A stretch of 64,000 bases of DNA from the NCBI GenBank assembly GCA_937952315.1, contig CALFZX010000016.1, positions 78,969-142,968 on the forward strand, written 5' to 3'. Source of the DNA: an uncultured bacterium (GTDB taxonomy: Bacteria; Patescibacteriota; Minisyncoccia; CAIUEV01). Position numbers and translations under genes: made by a program. Positions 43,944 through 55,194 of the stretch are shown here, piece by piece (position 1 is the stretch's first letter; each line of letters opens with the position of its first letter). Below the pieces are notes generated by a model, which saw only the letters and a list, made by a program, of their open reading frames with translations, was not told the DNA's origin and did no database searches.

Positions 43944-44801
43944 ATGACTGTCTACAATATCCTCTTTCCTTTTCTAATTTTGGCAGCTTTGGGGGTGGTG
44001 ATTTTTATTTTGGTTAGACACCTGGGGGAAGTACCGGCCTATCCGGAAGCGCATGTAAAAGAGGAGAAAAAAAGATGGTGGCAAATATTTTTAGGCAAGG
44101 GAGAAGGTTTTTTGAGAATGCTTCGATCTTTTATTTTGAGTATTGACGATAAATTAAACGATTCAATTAAAACAGTCCGGGAAAGAAAAAACGATATCGG
44201 TCGAAGCCTTAAGGACTTTAGGGAAAAAAAGAGGCAACAGCCCGCGGAAAGGGTTGAAAATTTTTCAAGTCAAAACTTAGAGCGTCGGGAACCAAAAATT
44301 GAAGTATCCTCAGATATAAATTCCCAGGAAGAATCGCCCGCTCCGGTGAAAGAAGAGGCTAAAAGCTATCCTTTGGGTGTCGTCTCGGAAGAATTTTCAG
44401 TGAGCAAAGAAAAATTATCAAGAGAGGCCTCGCCGGATATGGTTAATTTACCGCCGGAGATAAAATCGACACCACCCGTAAAGAAACCTATTCGTTTTAA
44501 ATTTCCTTTTCCAAAGGAGACTATTCCTGTTCAAGAAATAGTGAAAAAAACTTTTACGGCCGATGAACTAAAAAACGAAAGAAAAGAATATTGGAAGAAA
44601 AAAGAAGCTATGCTCATTCAAAGCATTGTTCGGGAGCCGAAGAATGTCAATCTTTTTTTGCAATTGGGCCGTCTTTATTGCAACCAGAAAAATTGGATTG
44701 ACGCTAAGAATGCCTTCTATGAAGTTTTGAAACTGGATAAAATGAACATAAAAGCCAAAGAAGAACTTAAAAGAATCGAGAAGAACGAAAATAAAGACTA
44801 A
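43944..44801 (+). CDS. Hypothetical membrane-anchored protein with a TPR-like C-terminus.
   Basis: N-terminal TM helix (ILFPFLILAALGVVIFILV), a charged linker, and C-terminal helical repeats (LGRLYCNQKNWIDAKNAFYEVLKLD). Confidence 0.4.
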   Translation: MTVYNILFPFLILAALGVVIFILVRHLGEVPAYPEAHVKEEKKRWWQIFLGKGEGFLRMLRSFILSIDDKLNDSIKTVRERKNDIGRSLKDFREKKRQQPAERVENFSSQNLERREPKIEVSSDINSQEESPAPVKEEAKSYPLGVVSEEFSVSKEKLSREASPDMVNLPPEIKSTPPVKKPIRFKFPFPKETIPVQEIVKKTFTADELKNERKEYWKKKEAMLIQSIVREPKNVNLFLQLGRLYCNQKNWIDAKNAFYEVLKLDKMNIKAKEELKRIEKNENKD

Positions 44802-44850
44802 CAGAATATCGAGTTTGAAATAAAAATTTACTCTTAAACCATTTTTTATT

Positions 44851-46503
44851 ATGGCCAGTACTTTCTATCGCATATACCGACCCAAAAAATTTTCCGAGTT
44901 GGTGGGTCAGGAAGAAATAAGAAAAATTTTGGAAAAATCACTGGTGGAAGATCGGCCAGGTCATGCCTATCTTTTTACGGGGCCTCGAGGAACGGGCAAA
45001 ACAACGACAGCCAGGATCTTTGCCAAAGCGCTTAATTGCCTTCTTCCCTTAAGAGAAAGGGACGGGGCGGAACCTTGCGGTAAATGTTCAAACTGTCAGT
45101 TGATCGATAAAGGGCAAACTACGGATTTGGTTGAAATTGATGCCGCTTCTTACACGGGGGTTGACAATATTCGTCAACTTACGGAAAACATCAATCTGGC
45201 TCCCGCCAATTTGAATTATCGAATTTTTATCATAGACGAAGTGCATATGCTAAGCAAGGGTGCTTTTAACGCGTTGCTTAAAACACTGGAGGAACCTCCT
45301 TCCCACGCGGTTTTTATTCTGGCAACTACGGAATTTACCAAGGTGCCGGCTACCGTCGCTTCTCGTTGTCAAAAATATTTTTTTCGGCTTTTTCGGCCGG
45401 AAGAAATTGTTGGAAAGTTGAAAAAAATAGCTCGGCAAGAGCAAATCGAAATCGAGGATGAGAGTCTTAAACTGATTGCGGAAGCTGCCGAGGGAGGAAT
45501 GAGAGATGCGGAAAGCATTTTTGCGCAGGTTGCTTCCGTCGGTGATAAAAAAATTACTTCGGAAGCAGTTAGGTCCGTTTTAAGAATATCCGGTAGCGAA
45601 GAAGAAAATATTTTATTGGAAAATTTATTAAAAAAAGATATAATAGCCAGCCTTTCCGGCTTTGACGAATTGGTCAAAACCGGAGCGGAGCCTTTCATGC
45701 TTTCTCACCGAATGCTAAATAAATTGAGAAAAATTTTATTGTTAAAAATCAATCCGGAGGGAAAAAATTTATTGATTGCAGAAAGTGAGGCTTCAAAAAT
45801 GCAGAGCATTACAAAATTGGCAAATAAGATTAATATCTCGGAAATTTCCAATTTGATGATGAAAATAATCCAAAATCAACCCCTGATTAAAAACTCCAGT
45901 CTGCCCTTCTTGCCTCTCGAACTATTGATTATCGATTATTGCAAAACCGGAATGGACAGTTCGAATGTGCCAAGCAATGCCAGCTCCGTCGGTGAATTGC
46001 CCAAGGAAAATTCTGAGAAGAAAAATCAAGAGTCTGCCAAGGTTAATAAAAAATCGAAAGAGCCGTTACGGACGGAAGAAGATAAAATTCCCAATGAAAT
46101 ATTCAATGAAAAATTAGACCAAAAACATAGTAAGATCAATAGCGAAAAAGAGGAAAAAGAACTTTTAAGCGAGAAGCGAAATGATAATTTTGATATAAAA
46201 GCGGTTTTAGAAAGCTGGCCAAAAATTTTGGAAAAAATGAAAGATTTACAGCCGGCCCTGCTGTCCATTTTGAGAGTCTGCAGTCCGGTGAAAATTGAAA
46301 ATGAAACTTTGATTATTTCCACTCCGTTTAAATTTCATCAGGAGAGGCTTAATGAGGCAAAGAATCGAGCTCTGTTTTGCGCTGAGTTAAAGACGGCTAC
46401 CGGTATCGAAAGAATCTGTGTTCTAGAAGATAAAGCGGTCAAAGCCGAACCAAAAAAAGAAGATGAGCTGGTGGATCAAGTTAAAAATTTACTTAATTTA
46501 TAA
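44851..46503 (+). CDS. dnaX: DNA polymerase III subunit gamma/tau.
   Basis: AAA+ P-loop GPRGTGKTTTARIFAKALNC, the zinc module CGKCSNCQ, the IFIIDEVHML box, and the sensor LLKTLEEPPSHAVFILATTE. Confidence 0.85.
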   Translation: MASTFYRIYRPKKFSELVGQEEIRKILEKSLVEDRPGHAYLFTGPRGTGKTTTARIFAKALNCLLPLRERDGAEPCGKCSNCQLIDKGQTTDLVEIDAASYTGVDNIRQLTENINLAPANLNYRIFIIDEVHMLSKGAFNALLKTLEEPPSHAVFILATTEFTKVPATVASRCQKYFFRLFRPEEIVGKLKKIARQEQIEIEDESLKLIAEAAEGGMRDAESIFAQVASVGDKKITSEAVRSVLRISGSEEENILLENLLKKDIIASLSGFDELVKTGAEPFMLSHRMLNKLRKILLLKINPEGKNLLIAESEASKMQSITKLANKINISEISNLMMKIIQNQPLIKNSSLPFLPLELLIIDYCKTGMDSSNVPSNASSVGELPKENSEKKNQESAKVNKKSKEPLRTEEDKIPNEIFNEKLDQKHSKINSEKEEKELLSEKRNDNFDIKAVLESWPKILEKMKDLQPALLSILRVCSPVKIENETLIISTPFKFHQERLNEAKNRALFCAELKTATGIERICVLEDKAVKAEPKKEDELVDQVKNLLNL

Positions 46504-46514
46504 TTAAAAAAATA

Positions 46515-47360
46515 ATGAACAGTCTAAAAACAATTTTTCTTTTCGGTTTGTTGGGGTTATTTCTCGTTTTTTTGGGAAGAATTTTCGGCGGATCGACCGG
46601 AATGTACGGGATGCTGGTTTTTTCATTGATTATGAATGTGGGGATGTATTTTTTTTCCGATCGAATTGCGATAAAATCGGCCGGCGCTAAAAAGATGAGT
46701 CGAAAAAAATATCCCGGTATCTATCGGGCCGTTGAAAGTTTGTCCAAGGAGGCTAAAATACCGATGCCAAAAATATATCTTAGCGGTATGAATCAGCCGA
46801 ATGCCTTTGCTACCGGAAGAAACCCTCAGAATTCAGCCGTCGTTTTGACAAAGGGTCTAATCAACAACCTTTCTCCGGCAGAGGTAAAGGGAGTGATTGC
46901 CCACGAATTAGCTCATATAAAAAATCGGGATATCTTACTGGCCACTATCGCTTCCGTGATTGCCTCTTCCGTTTTTGCTCTTTCCGATTTCATTCGTTTC
47001 GGTAGCCTGTTCGGATCTTCCGATGAAGACAGAAACCCGATTTATGATATTTTGATTTCTCTATTGGCGCCGTTGGTGGCTATTATTATCCAGATGGCTA
47101 TTTCTCGAGAAAGAGAATTTAAGGCCGATGCAACGGGGTCAAAAATCAGCGGAGACTCGGAAAATCTGGCTCTTGCATTGGAAAAAATAGAGAATTTAGC
47201 TCATCGAACGGAGACGCCGGAGGTTAATCCCGCCTTTGCCAGTCTGTATATTAGCAATCCGTTTGGAGGAGGAGAGATTTCCGGTTTTATTCAGAAACTT
47301 TTTTCTACTCATCCACCGGTGACGGAAAGAGTAGAAAGGCTGAGAAATATGCGTAGATAA
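46515..47360 (+). CDS. htpX: Membrane zinc metalloprotease HtpX (M48).
   Basis: N-terminal TM helices, the HELAHIKNRD (HExxH) motif, and a downstream Glu in EREFKAD. Confidence 0.85.
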   Translation: MNSLKTIFLFGLLGLFLVFLGRIFGGSTGMYGMLVFSLIMNVGMYFFSDRIAIKSAGAKKMSRKKYPGIYRAVESLSKEAKIPMPKIYLSGMNQPNAFATGRNPQNSAVVLTKGLINNLSPAEVKGVIAHELAHIKNRDILLATIASVIASSVFALSDFIRFGSLFGSSDEDRNPIYDILISLLAPLVAIIIQMAISREREFKADATGSKISGDSENLALALEKIENLAHRTETPEVNPAFASLYISNPFGGGEISGFIQKLFSTHPPVTERVERLRNMRR

Positions 47361-47407
47361 TTAACATTCGGTTTTTTATAATATGGTTGGCGATAAAGTT
47401 TAATTAA

Positions 47408-47443
47408 GAAAAACGCCCCGATTCTGCTCGAGGCGTTTTTTTA
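47408..47443. terminator. Bidirectional terminator between htpX (+) and dnaK (-).
   Basis: AAAAACGCC, a 14-nt loop, then GGCGTTTTTTT. A-tract and T-tract flank the hairpin. Confidence 0.5.
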
Positions 47444-47467
47444 TACTTACCGCTTTGAGAAACTCGA

Positions 47468-49396
47468 TTAATCCTTCTTTTCTTTGTCGCCCGAATCGGT
47501 TCCTTTTCCTTCTTGATCCGAACTTTGATCTTTTGATTCGGCGGAATCATCTTTGGGTTGCTCGGCGCTTGGCTGGCCGTCTTTCATGTTCTGATAAAGA
47601 ATTTGACCGATTTTTTGAGCGACTTCACTCAGCTCTTCCGTGGCCTTTTTAATTGCCTCTTTATCGTTTCCTTCTTTAATCTCCTTCAGAATCTTAATCT
47701 TGGCTTCAACCGGCTCTTTATCGGTTGCAGGAATTTTATCGCCAGCTTCTTTAATCGCTTTTTCAGTCGTGAAAATTAAAGTATCGGCAATATTTTTTGC
47801 CTCAACCAATTCTTTTTTTTCTTTATCTTCGCTGGCATGCACCTCCGCGTCTTTTCTCATTTTTTCCACTTCTTCTTCGGAAAGACCGGAAGAAGCTTCA
47901 ATCCTAATCGACTGCTCTTTCCCCGTTGCCTTGTCCTTAGCGGTGACATTAAGAATACCACTGGCATCAATATCAAACTTAACGGCAATTTGAGGCACTC
48001 CTCTTGGTGCGGGCGGAATGCCGTCTAAGTGAAAACGGCCTAAAGTTTTGTTGTCATTGGCCATTTCTCTCTCTCCCTGTAGCACATGAATTTCAACAGA
48101 AGTTTGGCTATCCGAAGCGGTAGAGAAAACTTGCTCTTTAGAGGTCGGAATAGTGGTATTTCTTTCAATTATAGGCGTTCTAATTCCTCCCATCGTCTCG
48201 ATTCCAAGAGTCAAAGGGGTTACATCCAAAAGTAGAACATCTTTCACATCGCCTCTTAGCACCCCTCCCTGAACAGCTGCGCCCAAAGCGACAACTTCAT
48301 CCGGGTTGAGAGAAACATTCGGTTTTTTTCCAAAAAACTCTTCCACTTTTTTCTGAACCAAAGGCATTCGAGTTTGACCGCCGACCAAAATTACTTCGTT
48401 AATCTCCTCTTTTTTAATTTTAGCGTCTTCAAGGGCTTTTTTGCACGGCTCCAAAGTTTTGGTAACTAAATCGGAAACCAATTCTTCCAATTTGGCGCGA
48501 CTGATTTTCAGGTTTAGGTGACGCGGTCCATCGTTTCCCATAGTAATAAAGGGTTGATTGATCTCCGTTTCTTGAGCGGTAGAAAGTTCGATTTTAGCTT
48601 TTTCCGCACTTTCTTTAACTCTTTGCAACGCCATTGAATCTTTTGAGAGGTCGATACCCTCCGTTTTTTTGAATTCGGCAATAATCCAATCGATAATAAC
48701 CTGGTCGAAATCGTCGCCCCCCAAGTGAGTATCTCCGCTGGTTGATTTTACTTCAACCGACTTATCCTCACCGCCAACCACTTCAAGAACGGAAACATCA
48801 AAGGTTCCGCCACCCAAGTCGTACACAATAATTTTTTCATCTTTATTGCGATTAAAACCGTAGGCTAAAGCGGCTGCTGTTGGCTCATTTATCACTCTTT
48901 CCACTTCAAAGCCGGCAATTTTACCGGCGTCGCGAGTGGCTTTTCTTTGAGCGTCATCAAAATAGGCCGGTACGGTGATCACGACTTTATCAATTTTTTC
49001 GCCCAACTTCGCCTCTGCATCCGCCTTCATTTTTTGTAAGATCATCGCAGAAATTTCTTGTGGCTTTTTCCAGTCATCACCGATCTTAATTTCAATACCG
49101 CCGTCACTACTTTTTTGCAGTTGAAAGGGAAACAGCTTTATATCTTGCTGAACTTCTTGGTCATCAAATCTTCTTCCAATCAATCTTTTAGCGGAAAAAA
49201 CGGTATTTTCCGCATTGGTAACAGCTTGTCTTTTCGCCGGCACTCCGACCAGTCTTTCTTTGGTTTTGGAGAAGGCTACAATGGATGGGGTGGTACGATT
49301 CCCTTCCTGATTCTCGATGACTTTTGGCTTATCTCCCTCCATAATTGCCATGCAGGAGTTGGTAGTGCCCAAGTCAATACCTAAAATCTTACTCAT
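47468..49396 (-). CDS. dnaK: Chaperone DnaK (Hsp70).
   Basis: [31 protein letters not shown], and a full substrate-binding domain. 642 aa with an acidic C-terminal tail. Confidence 0.95.
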   Translation of the reverse strand: MSKILGIDLGTTNSCMAIMEGDKPKVIENQEGNRTTPSIVAFSKTKERLVGVPAKRQAVTNAENTVFSAKRLIGRRFDDQEVQQDIKLFPFQLQKSSDGGIEIKIGDDWKKPQEISAMILQKMKADAEAKLGEKIDKVVITVPAYFDDAQRKATRDAGKIAGFEVERVINEPTAAALAYGFNRNKDEKIIVYDLGGGTFDVSVLEVVGGEDKSVEVKSTSGDTHLGGDDFDQVIIDWIIAEFKKTEGIDLSKDSMALQRVKESAEKAKIELSTAQETEINQPFITMGNDGPRHLNLKISRAKLEELVSDLVTKTLEPCKKALEDAKIKKEEINEVILVGGQTRMPLVQKKVEEFFGKKPNVSLNPDEVVALGAAVQGGVLRGDVKDVLLLDVTPLTLGIETMGGIRTPIIERNTTIPTSKEQVFSTASDSQTSVEIHVLQGEREMANDNKTLGRFHLDGIPPAPRGVPQIAVKFDIDASGILNVTAKDKATGKEQSIRIEASSGLSEEEVEKMRKDAEVHASEDKEKKELVEAKNIADTLIFTTEKAIKEAGDKIPATDKEPVEAKIKILKEIKEGNDKEAIKKATEELSEVAQKIGQILYQNMKDGQPSAEQPKDDSAESKDQSSDQEGKGTDSGDKEKKD

Positions 49397-49454
49397 GGTG
49401 TTTAAATTTAATTATTATTTATTATTTTTTATCAAATTGATTTTAAAAAATATT

Positions 49455-49481
49455 TTAGCACTCGTCAAGTTTGAGTGCTAA
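49455..49481. promoter_or_regulatory. CIRCE operator (HrcA site) upstream of dnaK.
   Basis: TTAGCACTC-gtcaagttt-GAGTGCTAA is a perfect consensus. It lies 59 nt upstream of the dnaK start. Confidence 0.9.
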
Positions 49482-49573
49482 AAATAGTTTATGCAATTTT
49501 TTATTTTTTTTTATCGTAATAAAACTAGGATATAATAAATCGATAGTTTTTTTATTTAAATCAAAAAATAGAG

Positions 49574-50761
49574 ATGAAGAAAGCTTATTATTACTGGGCC
49601 TTAGCTCTTTTTATTGTTTTGGGTGGAATCTATTATTGGTATACCGGCAATCAATCGACTGATAATCAAGTCGAGTATATAACGGAAAAAGTTAGCAGGG
49701 GCACTCTTACTACGACCGTTTCTGCCAGTGGTAATGTTGTCGTCGATCAGCTGGCGACCGTTGATCCGACCATTTCCGGCACCGTCACGAATCTTTCCGT
49801 TAAGGTGGGCGATTCGGTTGAAAAGGGGCAACCGCTTTTTGAGATTATAAACGATGATTTGGAAGTGGCGGTTAGAAAATCGGCCGATTCCTTAAAACAG
49901 GCGGAGCATAATGTTGAAACAAAAGAAGTGGCAGAGGATCAGGCGGAGGCGGACTACGAAGCCGCCGTTAAAAAAGACAAGAAAGACCCAACCGCTTACA
50001 CAAAGGAACAGCTGGAGGTTTTAAAAGATAAAATTGAATTAGCGGAAAATGCGGTCGAAGAAGCTGAAAAATCTTTGGAAACCGGCCGATTGGAATATCA
50101 AAATCAGAAAAATGAGGCGGACAAAAGAAGAGTCATCTCCCCGATCAATGGAACGGTGAATGAAATTAACATTAAAAACGGTGACGATTTAGGAAAAAAT
50201 TCAACCTCTAACACCGCAAACGCCCCGATTATTATTGGCGATCTGAAAACTTTAAGAGCGGAAGTGGCTGTCAACGAGGTAGATATTGCCAAGGTGAACA
50301 TTGGCCAAAAAGCGGTTTTAAAATTAAATTCTTTGGATGAGATGTCTGTTTCTGGCAAGGTGGAAAAAATAGACTCATTGGGAACTGCCAGTCAGGGAGT
50401 GGTAACCTACAAAGTCACCATCAGCTTTGACATTCTCGATGAACGAATTAAGCCGGAGATGAGCGTGACGGCTTCAATCATTACCGAGGTGAAACAAGAT
50501 ATTTTAATAGTACCGAACGGAGCCTTAAAACAGTCCGGAGAGTTTAATCTTGTAGAAATAATGGAAAATGGGAAACCCAAGCAAATTGAAGTTCTGACCG
50601 GATTGGCGAATGACACCGAAACTGAGATTAAAAGCGGACTTTCCGAAAATCAAGAAATAATAACTCAAACTATAAATAACGCTGACGGCAATACCAATAA
50701 AAATAGAAGTAGCACTTCCGGTTTTAGAATGCCCGGTATGGGGGGAGGAATGCCAAGATAG
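49574..50761 (+). CDS. Efflux transporter periplasmic adaptor (HlyD/MacA family).
   Basis: N-terminal TM helix, a biotin-lipoyl-like hairpin (GNVVVDQLATVDPTISGTVTNLSVKVGDSVEKGQPLFEI), a coiled coil, and a beta-barrel. Confidence 0.7.
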   Translation: MKKAYYYWALALFIVLGGIYYWYTGNQSTDNQVEYITEKVSRGTLTTTVSASGNVVVDQLATVDPTISGTVTNLSVKVGDSVEKGQPLFEIINDDLEVAVRKSADSLKQAEHNVETKEVAEDQAEADYEAAVKKDKKDPTAYTKEQLEVLKDKIELAENAVEEAEKSLETGRLEYQNQKNEADKRRVISPINGTVNEINIKNGDDLGKNSTSNTANAPIIIGDLKTLRAEVAVNEVDIAKVNIGQKAVLKLNSLDEMSVSGKVEKIDSLGTASQGVVTYKVTISFDILDERIKPEMSVTASIITEVKQDILIVPNGALKQSGEFNLVEIMENGKPKQIEVLTGLANDTETEIKSGLSENQEIITQTINNADGNTNKNRSSTSGFRMPGMGGGMPR

Positions 50762-50774
50762 TTAAAATATTTTC

Positions 50775-51488
50775 ATGATTAAATGTAAAAATTTAACCAA
50801 AATTTATCGTAATGGAGATGTCGAAACGATCGCTCTGGGTGGTGTTTCCTTCACTATAAAAAAGGGGGAATTTGTTTCGATCATCGGGCCTTCCGGATCG
50901 GGAAAATCAACTTTAATGCACATACTGGGGGCTTTGGATAATCCAACCGACGGAAAATATTTTTTGGATGGGCAGGAGGTCTCTCGATTGAATGAAAATC
51001 AATTGGCCGATTTGCGTAGAGAGAAAATCGGTTTTGTTTTTCAATCTTTTAATCTTTTAAAGAGGACAACTGTTCTTCGTAATGTAATGTTACCTTTGAT
51101 TTATTCCGGGATTTCAATCAAAGAGCGAGAAAAAATGGCGCGAGAGGCTCTAAAATATGCCGGTATGGAAGAAGGCAAATTTAATAACCTTTCAAATCAA
51201 CTTTCCGGCGGGCAGATGCAAAGAGTAGCCATTGCCCGAGCGCTCATCAATAAACCGGCTATTTTGCTGGCGGACGAACCGACGGGAAATTTGGACACAA
51301 AAACCAGTCGCTTGGTAATGGAATATTTTAAAGAACTTCATGATCGAGGGCATACGATTATTATTATCACCCACGAAGACGAGGTCGCCGATTACGCCGA
51401 AAGAATTATTTCCATTCGAGACGGGAAAATAGAATCCGATCGAATCAATAAAAAATTTAAATATCTAAGAAAAAAAGATGCTGATTGA
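50775..51488 (+). CDS. ABC transporter ATP-binding protein (MacB/LolD-type).
   Basis: Walker A GPSGSGKSTLMHILG, the signature LSGGQMQRVAIARAL, and Walker B ILLADEPTGNLD. Confidence 0.85.
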   Translation: MIKCKNLTKIYRNGDVETIALGGVSFTIKKGEFVSIIGPSGSGKSTLMHILGALDNPTDGKYFLDGQEVSRLNENQLADLRREKIGFVFQSFNLLKRTTVLRNVMLPLIYSGISIKEREKMAREALKYAGMEEGKFNNLSNQLSGGQMQRVAIARALINKPAILLADEPTGNLDTKTSRLVMEYFKELHDRGHTIIIITHEDEVADYAERIISIRDGKIESDRINKKFKYLRKKDAD

Positions 51489-52695
51489 TTTATTGCGGGA
51501 AACAGTTTGGTCTTTAGCGGGGAATAAAGCCAGATCCAGTTTAACAATTTTAGGAATTGTTATCGGTATCGCTTCCGTAATTACTATGGTTTCAATCGGA
51601 CAGGGAGCTCAAGCCTCAATTGAAAACAGCATCCAATCAATCGGATCAAATTTAATTATCATTTATCCGGGAGCCGGCAGGAATGAAGGACCGGTAAGAT
51701 CCAGTCGCGGTAGCGCTAAAACTTTGACGATGGAGGACGCGGAAGCGGTAAAAAATCAAATTGTCGGGTTGAAAGGCGTCTCCCCCGAGATTGCTAACCG
51801 CTATCAAGTGAGGGCTAAAGGTCAAAATACCAACACCCAAGTAACCGGCACTACTCCAAGCTACACAACGGTTAGAAACATAAAAATTTCCATCGGCACT
51901 TTTTTTAGTGAACAACAGGCAAAAAGCTCCGCTAAAGTGGCCGTACTCGGGCCGACGACACGAGATGATCTTTTTGGCGAAAACGCTAATCCGGTTGGAT
52001 CAACTGTTTCTATCAATAATGTTGAATTTAAAGTCATTGGCGTTACCGAGTCAAAAGGTGGATCCGGTTTTAACAATCCGGATGATGCTATTTATATTCC
52101 GATTCTAACGGCCGGTAATTTTTTGGCCGGTGAAAGTTATTTATCTTCGATTAGCGTAGCGACGGAAAAACAAAGTGCCATGGACTCATTGCAGGAAGAA
52201 ATAACCAATTTACTACTTAAAAGGCATAAAATAAACGATATCGCCAGTGCCGATTTTAATCTGATGAACCAAACCGACATTATCAGTACCGCTTCCAGCA
52301 TTACCGGAACTTTCACTATTTTGCTCTCCTCCATCGCCGGCATTTCTTTGTTAGTTGGGGGAATCGGCATTATGAACATGATGCTCACCACCGTAACGGA
52401 GCGAACTAGAGAGATCGGTCTGAGAAAAGCGGTTGGCATTAGAAAAATTTATATCAATCTGCAATTTTTAGCGGAGGCCGTCGTTTTAACCTTTATTGGA
52501 GGAGGAATCGGCGTTGTTTTGGGCTGGATGGCTTCATTGGGGGCGACTCAATTTTTTAATATCAACACGGAAATATCAATTTCATCGATTTTAATGGCTT
52601 TCGGAGTCTCAGCGGTTGTCGGGGTGGTCTTCGGTTTTTATCCCGCTCGTCGCGCTTCCAACCTCAGCCCGATTGAAGCTTTAAGATATGAATAA
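51478..52695 (+). CDS. ABC transporter permease (FtsX/MacB-like).
   Basis: An N-terminal TM helix, a large periplasmic domain, and a C-terminal FtsX 3-TM bundle. An 11-nt overlap with the ATPase gene suggests translational coupling. Confidence 0.8.
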   Translation: MLIDLLRETVWSLAGNKARSSLTILGIVIGIASVITMVSIGQGAQASIENSIQSIGSNLIIIYPGAGRNEGPVRSSRGSAKTLTMEDAEAVKNQIVGLKGVSPEIANRYQVRAKGQNTNTQVTGTTPSYTTVRNIKISIGTFFSEQQAKSSAKVAVLGPTTRDDLFGENANPVGSTVSINNVEFKVIGVTESKGGSGFNNPDDAIYIPILTAGNFLAGESYLSSISVATEKQSAMDSLQEEITNLLLKRHKINDIASADFNLMNQTDIISTASSITGTFTILLSSIAGISLLVGGIGIMNMMLTTVTERTREIGLRKAVGIRKIYINLQFLAEAVVLTFIGGGIGVVLGWMASLGATQFFNINTEISISSILMAFGVSAVVGVVFGFYPARRASNLSPIEALRYE

Positions 52696-52710
52696 TTTTT
52701 AAATTATATT

Positions 52711-53181
52711 ATGCGTTACAAACAAAATGAAATTATCATCGCTGCAATAGCCATGATAGCCGTTGCCGGTCTTTCTTTTTACGGTGGCACTTTTTATCAA
52801 AAAAATTACGGTCAAAAAAAAATCGGTGCTTTTAGTCGAGACGGCCAAAACGGATCGTTTAATCGACAGGGAAGAATCGGTGGAGGAAATTTTAACGGTA
52901 ATCCAGGCAATCGGCCTAATCGCGATGGATCTTTTGCCACCGGCGAAATTATTTCTAAAGATGACAAAAGTTTGACGGTAAAAACTATGGACGGCGGATC
53001 GAAAATTATTTATTTCTCCGATGCCACTACTATAGGTAAGTCTATCGCCGGTAGCAGAGACGATTTAAATGAAGGTGTTTCGGTAATGATAAACGGGAAA
53101 AACAACAGTGACGGTAGCTTAACGGCCGAAAATATTCAGATTCGACCGGTCGGAGACGCGACGAAACCGATGCGTCAGTAG
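52711..53181 (+). CDS. Hypothetical secreted protein (Gly/Asn-rich linker plus a small beta domain, DUF5666-like).
   Basis: An N-terminal TM/signal segment, a [12 protein letters not shown] low-complexity region, and a C-terminal beta-rich domain. Confidence 0.4.
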   Translation: MRYKQNEIIIAAIAMIAVAGLSFYGGTFYQKNYGQKKIGAFSRDGQNGSFNRQGRIGGGNFNGNPGNRPNRDGSFATGEIISKDDKSLTVKTMDGGSKIIYFSDATTIGKSIAGSRDDLNEGVSVMINGKNNSDGSLTAENIQIRPVGDATKPMRQ

Positions 53182-53259
53182 GCAAAAATAAAATGATGAA
53201 AAAAATAGAGCGCTCTAAAAAGAGGGCTCTATTAAATTATAAAAAATGCGACTTTGCCT

Positions 53260-54780
53260 TTATTTCTTTTCTTCAACTTCAAATTTTCCCAGATGGGAAG
53301 CCATTTTTTTCTTCAGTTCTTCAGCTACTTCGTCTTCCAATACTCCGGCTTCATCAATTTTCTTCAATAACTTCTCTGCTGTGTTATCCAAATATTCATG
53401 CAAGGATTTTTCCGCTTCTCTGATTTTCTCTACGGGTACCCGATCGAGTAGTCCTTCGTTAACAGCTAAGACAATTGCTACTTGATGGCTAACCGACATC
53501 GGCTCGTATTGGTTTTGTTTGGAAATTTCGATCAAGCGTTTTCCTCTTTCGATCTGATTTCGCGTTGATTCGTCCAGATCGGAAGCAAATTGAACGAAGG
53601 CGGCCAATTCTCGGAATTGCGCCAAATCAAGTCTCATTTGACCGGCTACTTTTTTAATTGCTTTTGTTTGAGCAGCCGATCCCACCCTTGAAACGGATAA
53701 TCCAACATTTAAAGCCGGCTTGATTCCTTGATTGAACAATTCATTTTCCAAGTAGATTTGTCCGTCGGTAATGGAGATAACATTCGTTGGAATATAAGCG
53801 GTGACATCGCCAGACTGTGTTTCGACAATCGGCAGAGCGGTAATTGAACCGCCTCCGTGATCGTCACTCAGGCGAGCGGCTCTTTCCAGCAATCGAGAAT
53901 GCAAGTAAAAAATATCGCCAGGATAGGCTTCTCTTCCGGGCGGTCTTCTAAGAAGTAAGGAGATTTGACGATAAGCCCAAGCATGCTTTGAAAGATCGTC
54001 ATAGATGATCAACACATCTTTGCCTTGATCCATAAAGTATTCTCCAATCGCGCAACCGGCATACGGAGCCAAGAAGGAAAGTGACGCGGGATCTGAAGAT
54101 CCGGCTAAGACAACAATCGTGTTATCCATCGCGCCCTTCTCTCGAAGTCGACTGACAATTTTTGCCACTTTGGATTTTTTTTGGCCGATAGCTACATAAA
54201 TACAAATAACTCCTTTGTCTCTTTGGTTGATGATCGTGTCAATTGCTATGGCCGTTTTCCCGGTCTGGCGATCGCCGATAATCAACTCTCGCTGACCGCG
54301 TCCAATCGGGACAATCAAATCGATTGCCTTAATTCCTGTTTGCAAAGGCGTGGTAACAGCTTTTCGAGCAATAACACCGTGAGCAATTTTTTCAATTGGA
54401 TAAAATTTTTCTGGGCGGAATCCCTTTTCACCGTCCAGGGGCTGACCTAGCGGATCGACAATTCGACCGACCACCTCCTCGCCGACCGGAATGGAAAGAA
54501 TCTTGCCCGTTGATTTTACGATATCTCCTTCGTGAATTTTTTTAGCGTCACCCAATATGACAGCACCGACGCTGTCTTCCTTAAGATTAAGCACTACTCC
54601 TTGGACACTGTTTTCGCCGATTTCCACCATTTCAGAGGCCATCGCCTCATCCAGACCGGAAATTAATGCCACACCGTCTCCAACCTCAATGACTTTACCG
54701 ATTTTTTGGATTTCTACTTTTTTCTCGAATTTTTCGATTTCTCTTTTGAGAGAATTCAAAATTTGCTCTTTGGCTTGCAT
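53260..54780 (-). CDS. atpA: F1 ATP synthase alpha subunit.
   Basis: P-loop [18 protein letters not shown], and the C-terminal helical domain. Confidence 0.9.
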   Translation of the reverse strand: MQAKEQILNSLKREIEKFEKKVEIQKIGKVIEVGDGVALISGLDEAMASEMVEIGENSVQGVVLNLKEDSVGAVILGDAKKIHEGDIVKSTGKILSIPVGEEVVGRIVDPLGQPLDGEKGFRPEKFYPIEKIAHGVIARKAVTTPLQTGIKAIDLIVPIGRGQRELIIGDRQTGKTAIAIDTIINQRDKGVICIYVAIGQKKSKVAKIVSRLREKGAMDNTIVVLAGSSDPASLSFLAPYAGCAIGEYFMDQGKDVLIIYDDLSKHAWAYRQISLLLRRPPGREAYPGDIFYLHSRLLERAARLSDDHGGGSITALPIVETQSGDVTAYIPTNVISITDGQIYLENELFNQGIKPALNVGLSVSRVGSAAQTKAIKKVAGQMRLDLAQFRELAAFVQFASDLDESTRNQIERGKRLIEISKQNQYEPMSVSHQVAIVLAVNEGLLDRVPVEKIREAEKSLHEYLDNTAEKLLKKIDEAGVLEDEVAEELKKKMASHLGKFEVEEKK

Positions 54781-54810
54781 TGTATGATAAAATTATTCAG
54801 TTATTTAGCT

Positions 54811-55185
54811 TTAAATTGAAAATCTTTGCTTAATTTTTTCCAGCTGAGAAGCGACCGAGCTGTCCACTAAATAATTATCCCAAATTATTTTAGTTCCTCC
54901 AATCAAAGAAGGATCAACTTTCCATTCCGGCTCCGCTCCACTGTCTTTTAGGTATTCTTCCCATAGTTTTTTCTCCTTTTCATCGCTTAAAACTATGACA
55001 ACTTTATTCTTTCGGCTTTCTATTTCCTCGTTTATCAACCTTTTAAATTTCTTCATTTCCTCCAACCGATGGTGCTTGTCTAAAAGTTTAAACCAAGAAT
55101 CGATAATGGATTTCTGCTCTTTTTCATCTTTTGCTTTGACAAGCATTTCGCTGACGGACTCAACATAGTTTTTCAGGGAATACAT
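54811..55185 (-). CDS. atpH: F1 ATP synthase delta subunit (OSCP), short form.
   Basis: The C-terminal VDPSLIGGTKIIWDNYLVDSSVASQLEKI matches the delta-subunit signature. It is only 124 aa, versus about 180 typical. Confidence 0.6.
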   Translation of the reverse strand: MYSLKNYVESVSEMLVKAKDEKEQKSIIDSWFKLLDKHHRLEEMKKFKRLINEEIESRKNKVVIVLSDEKEKKLWEEYLKDSGAEPEWKVDPSLIGGTKIIWDNYLVDSSVASQLEKIKQRFSI

Positions 55186-55194
55186 GAAAAAATC

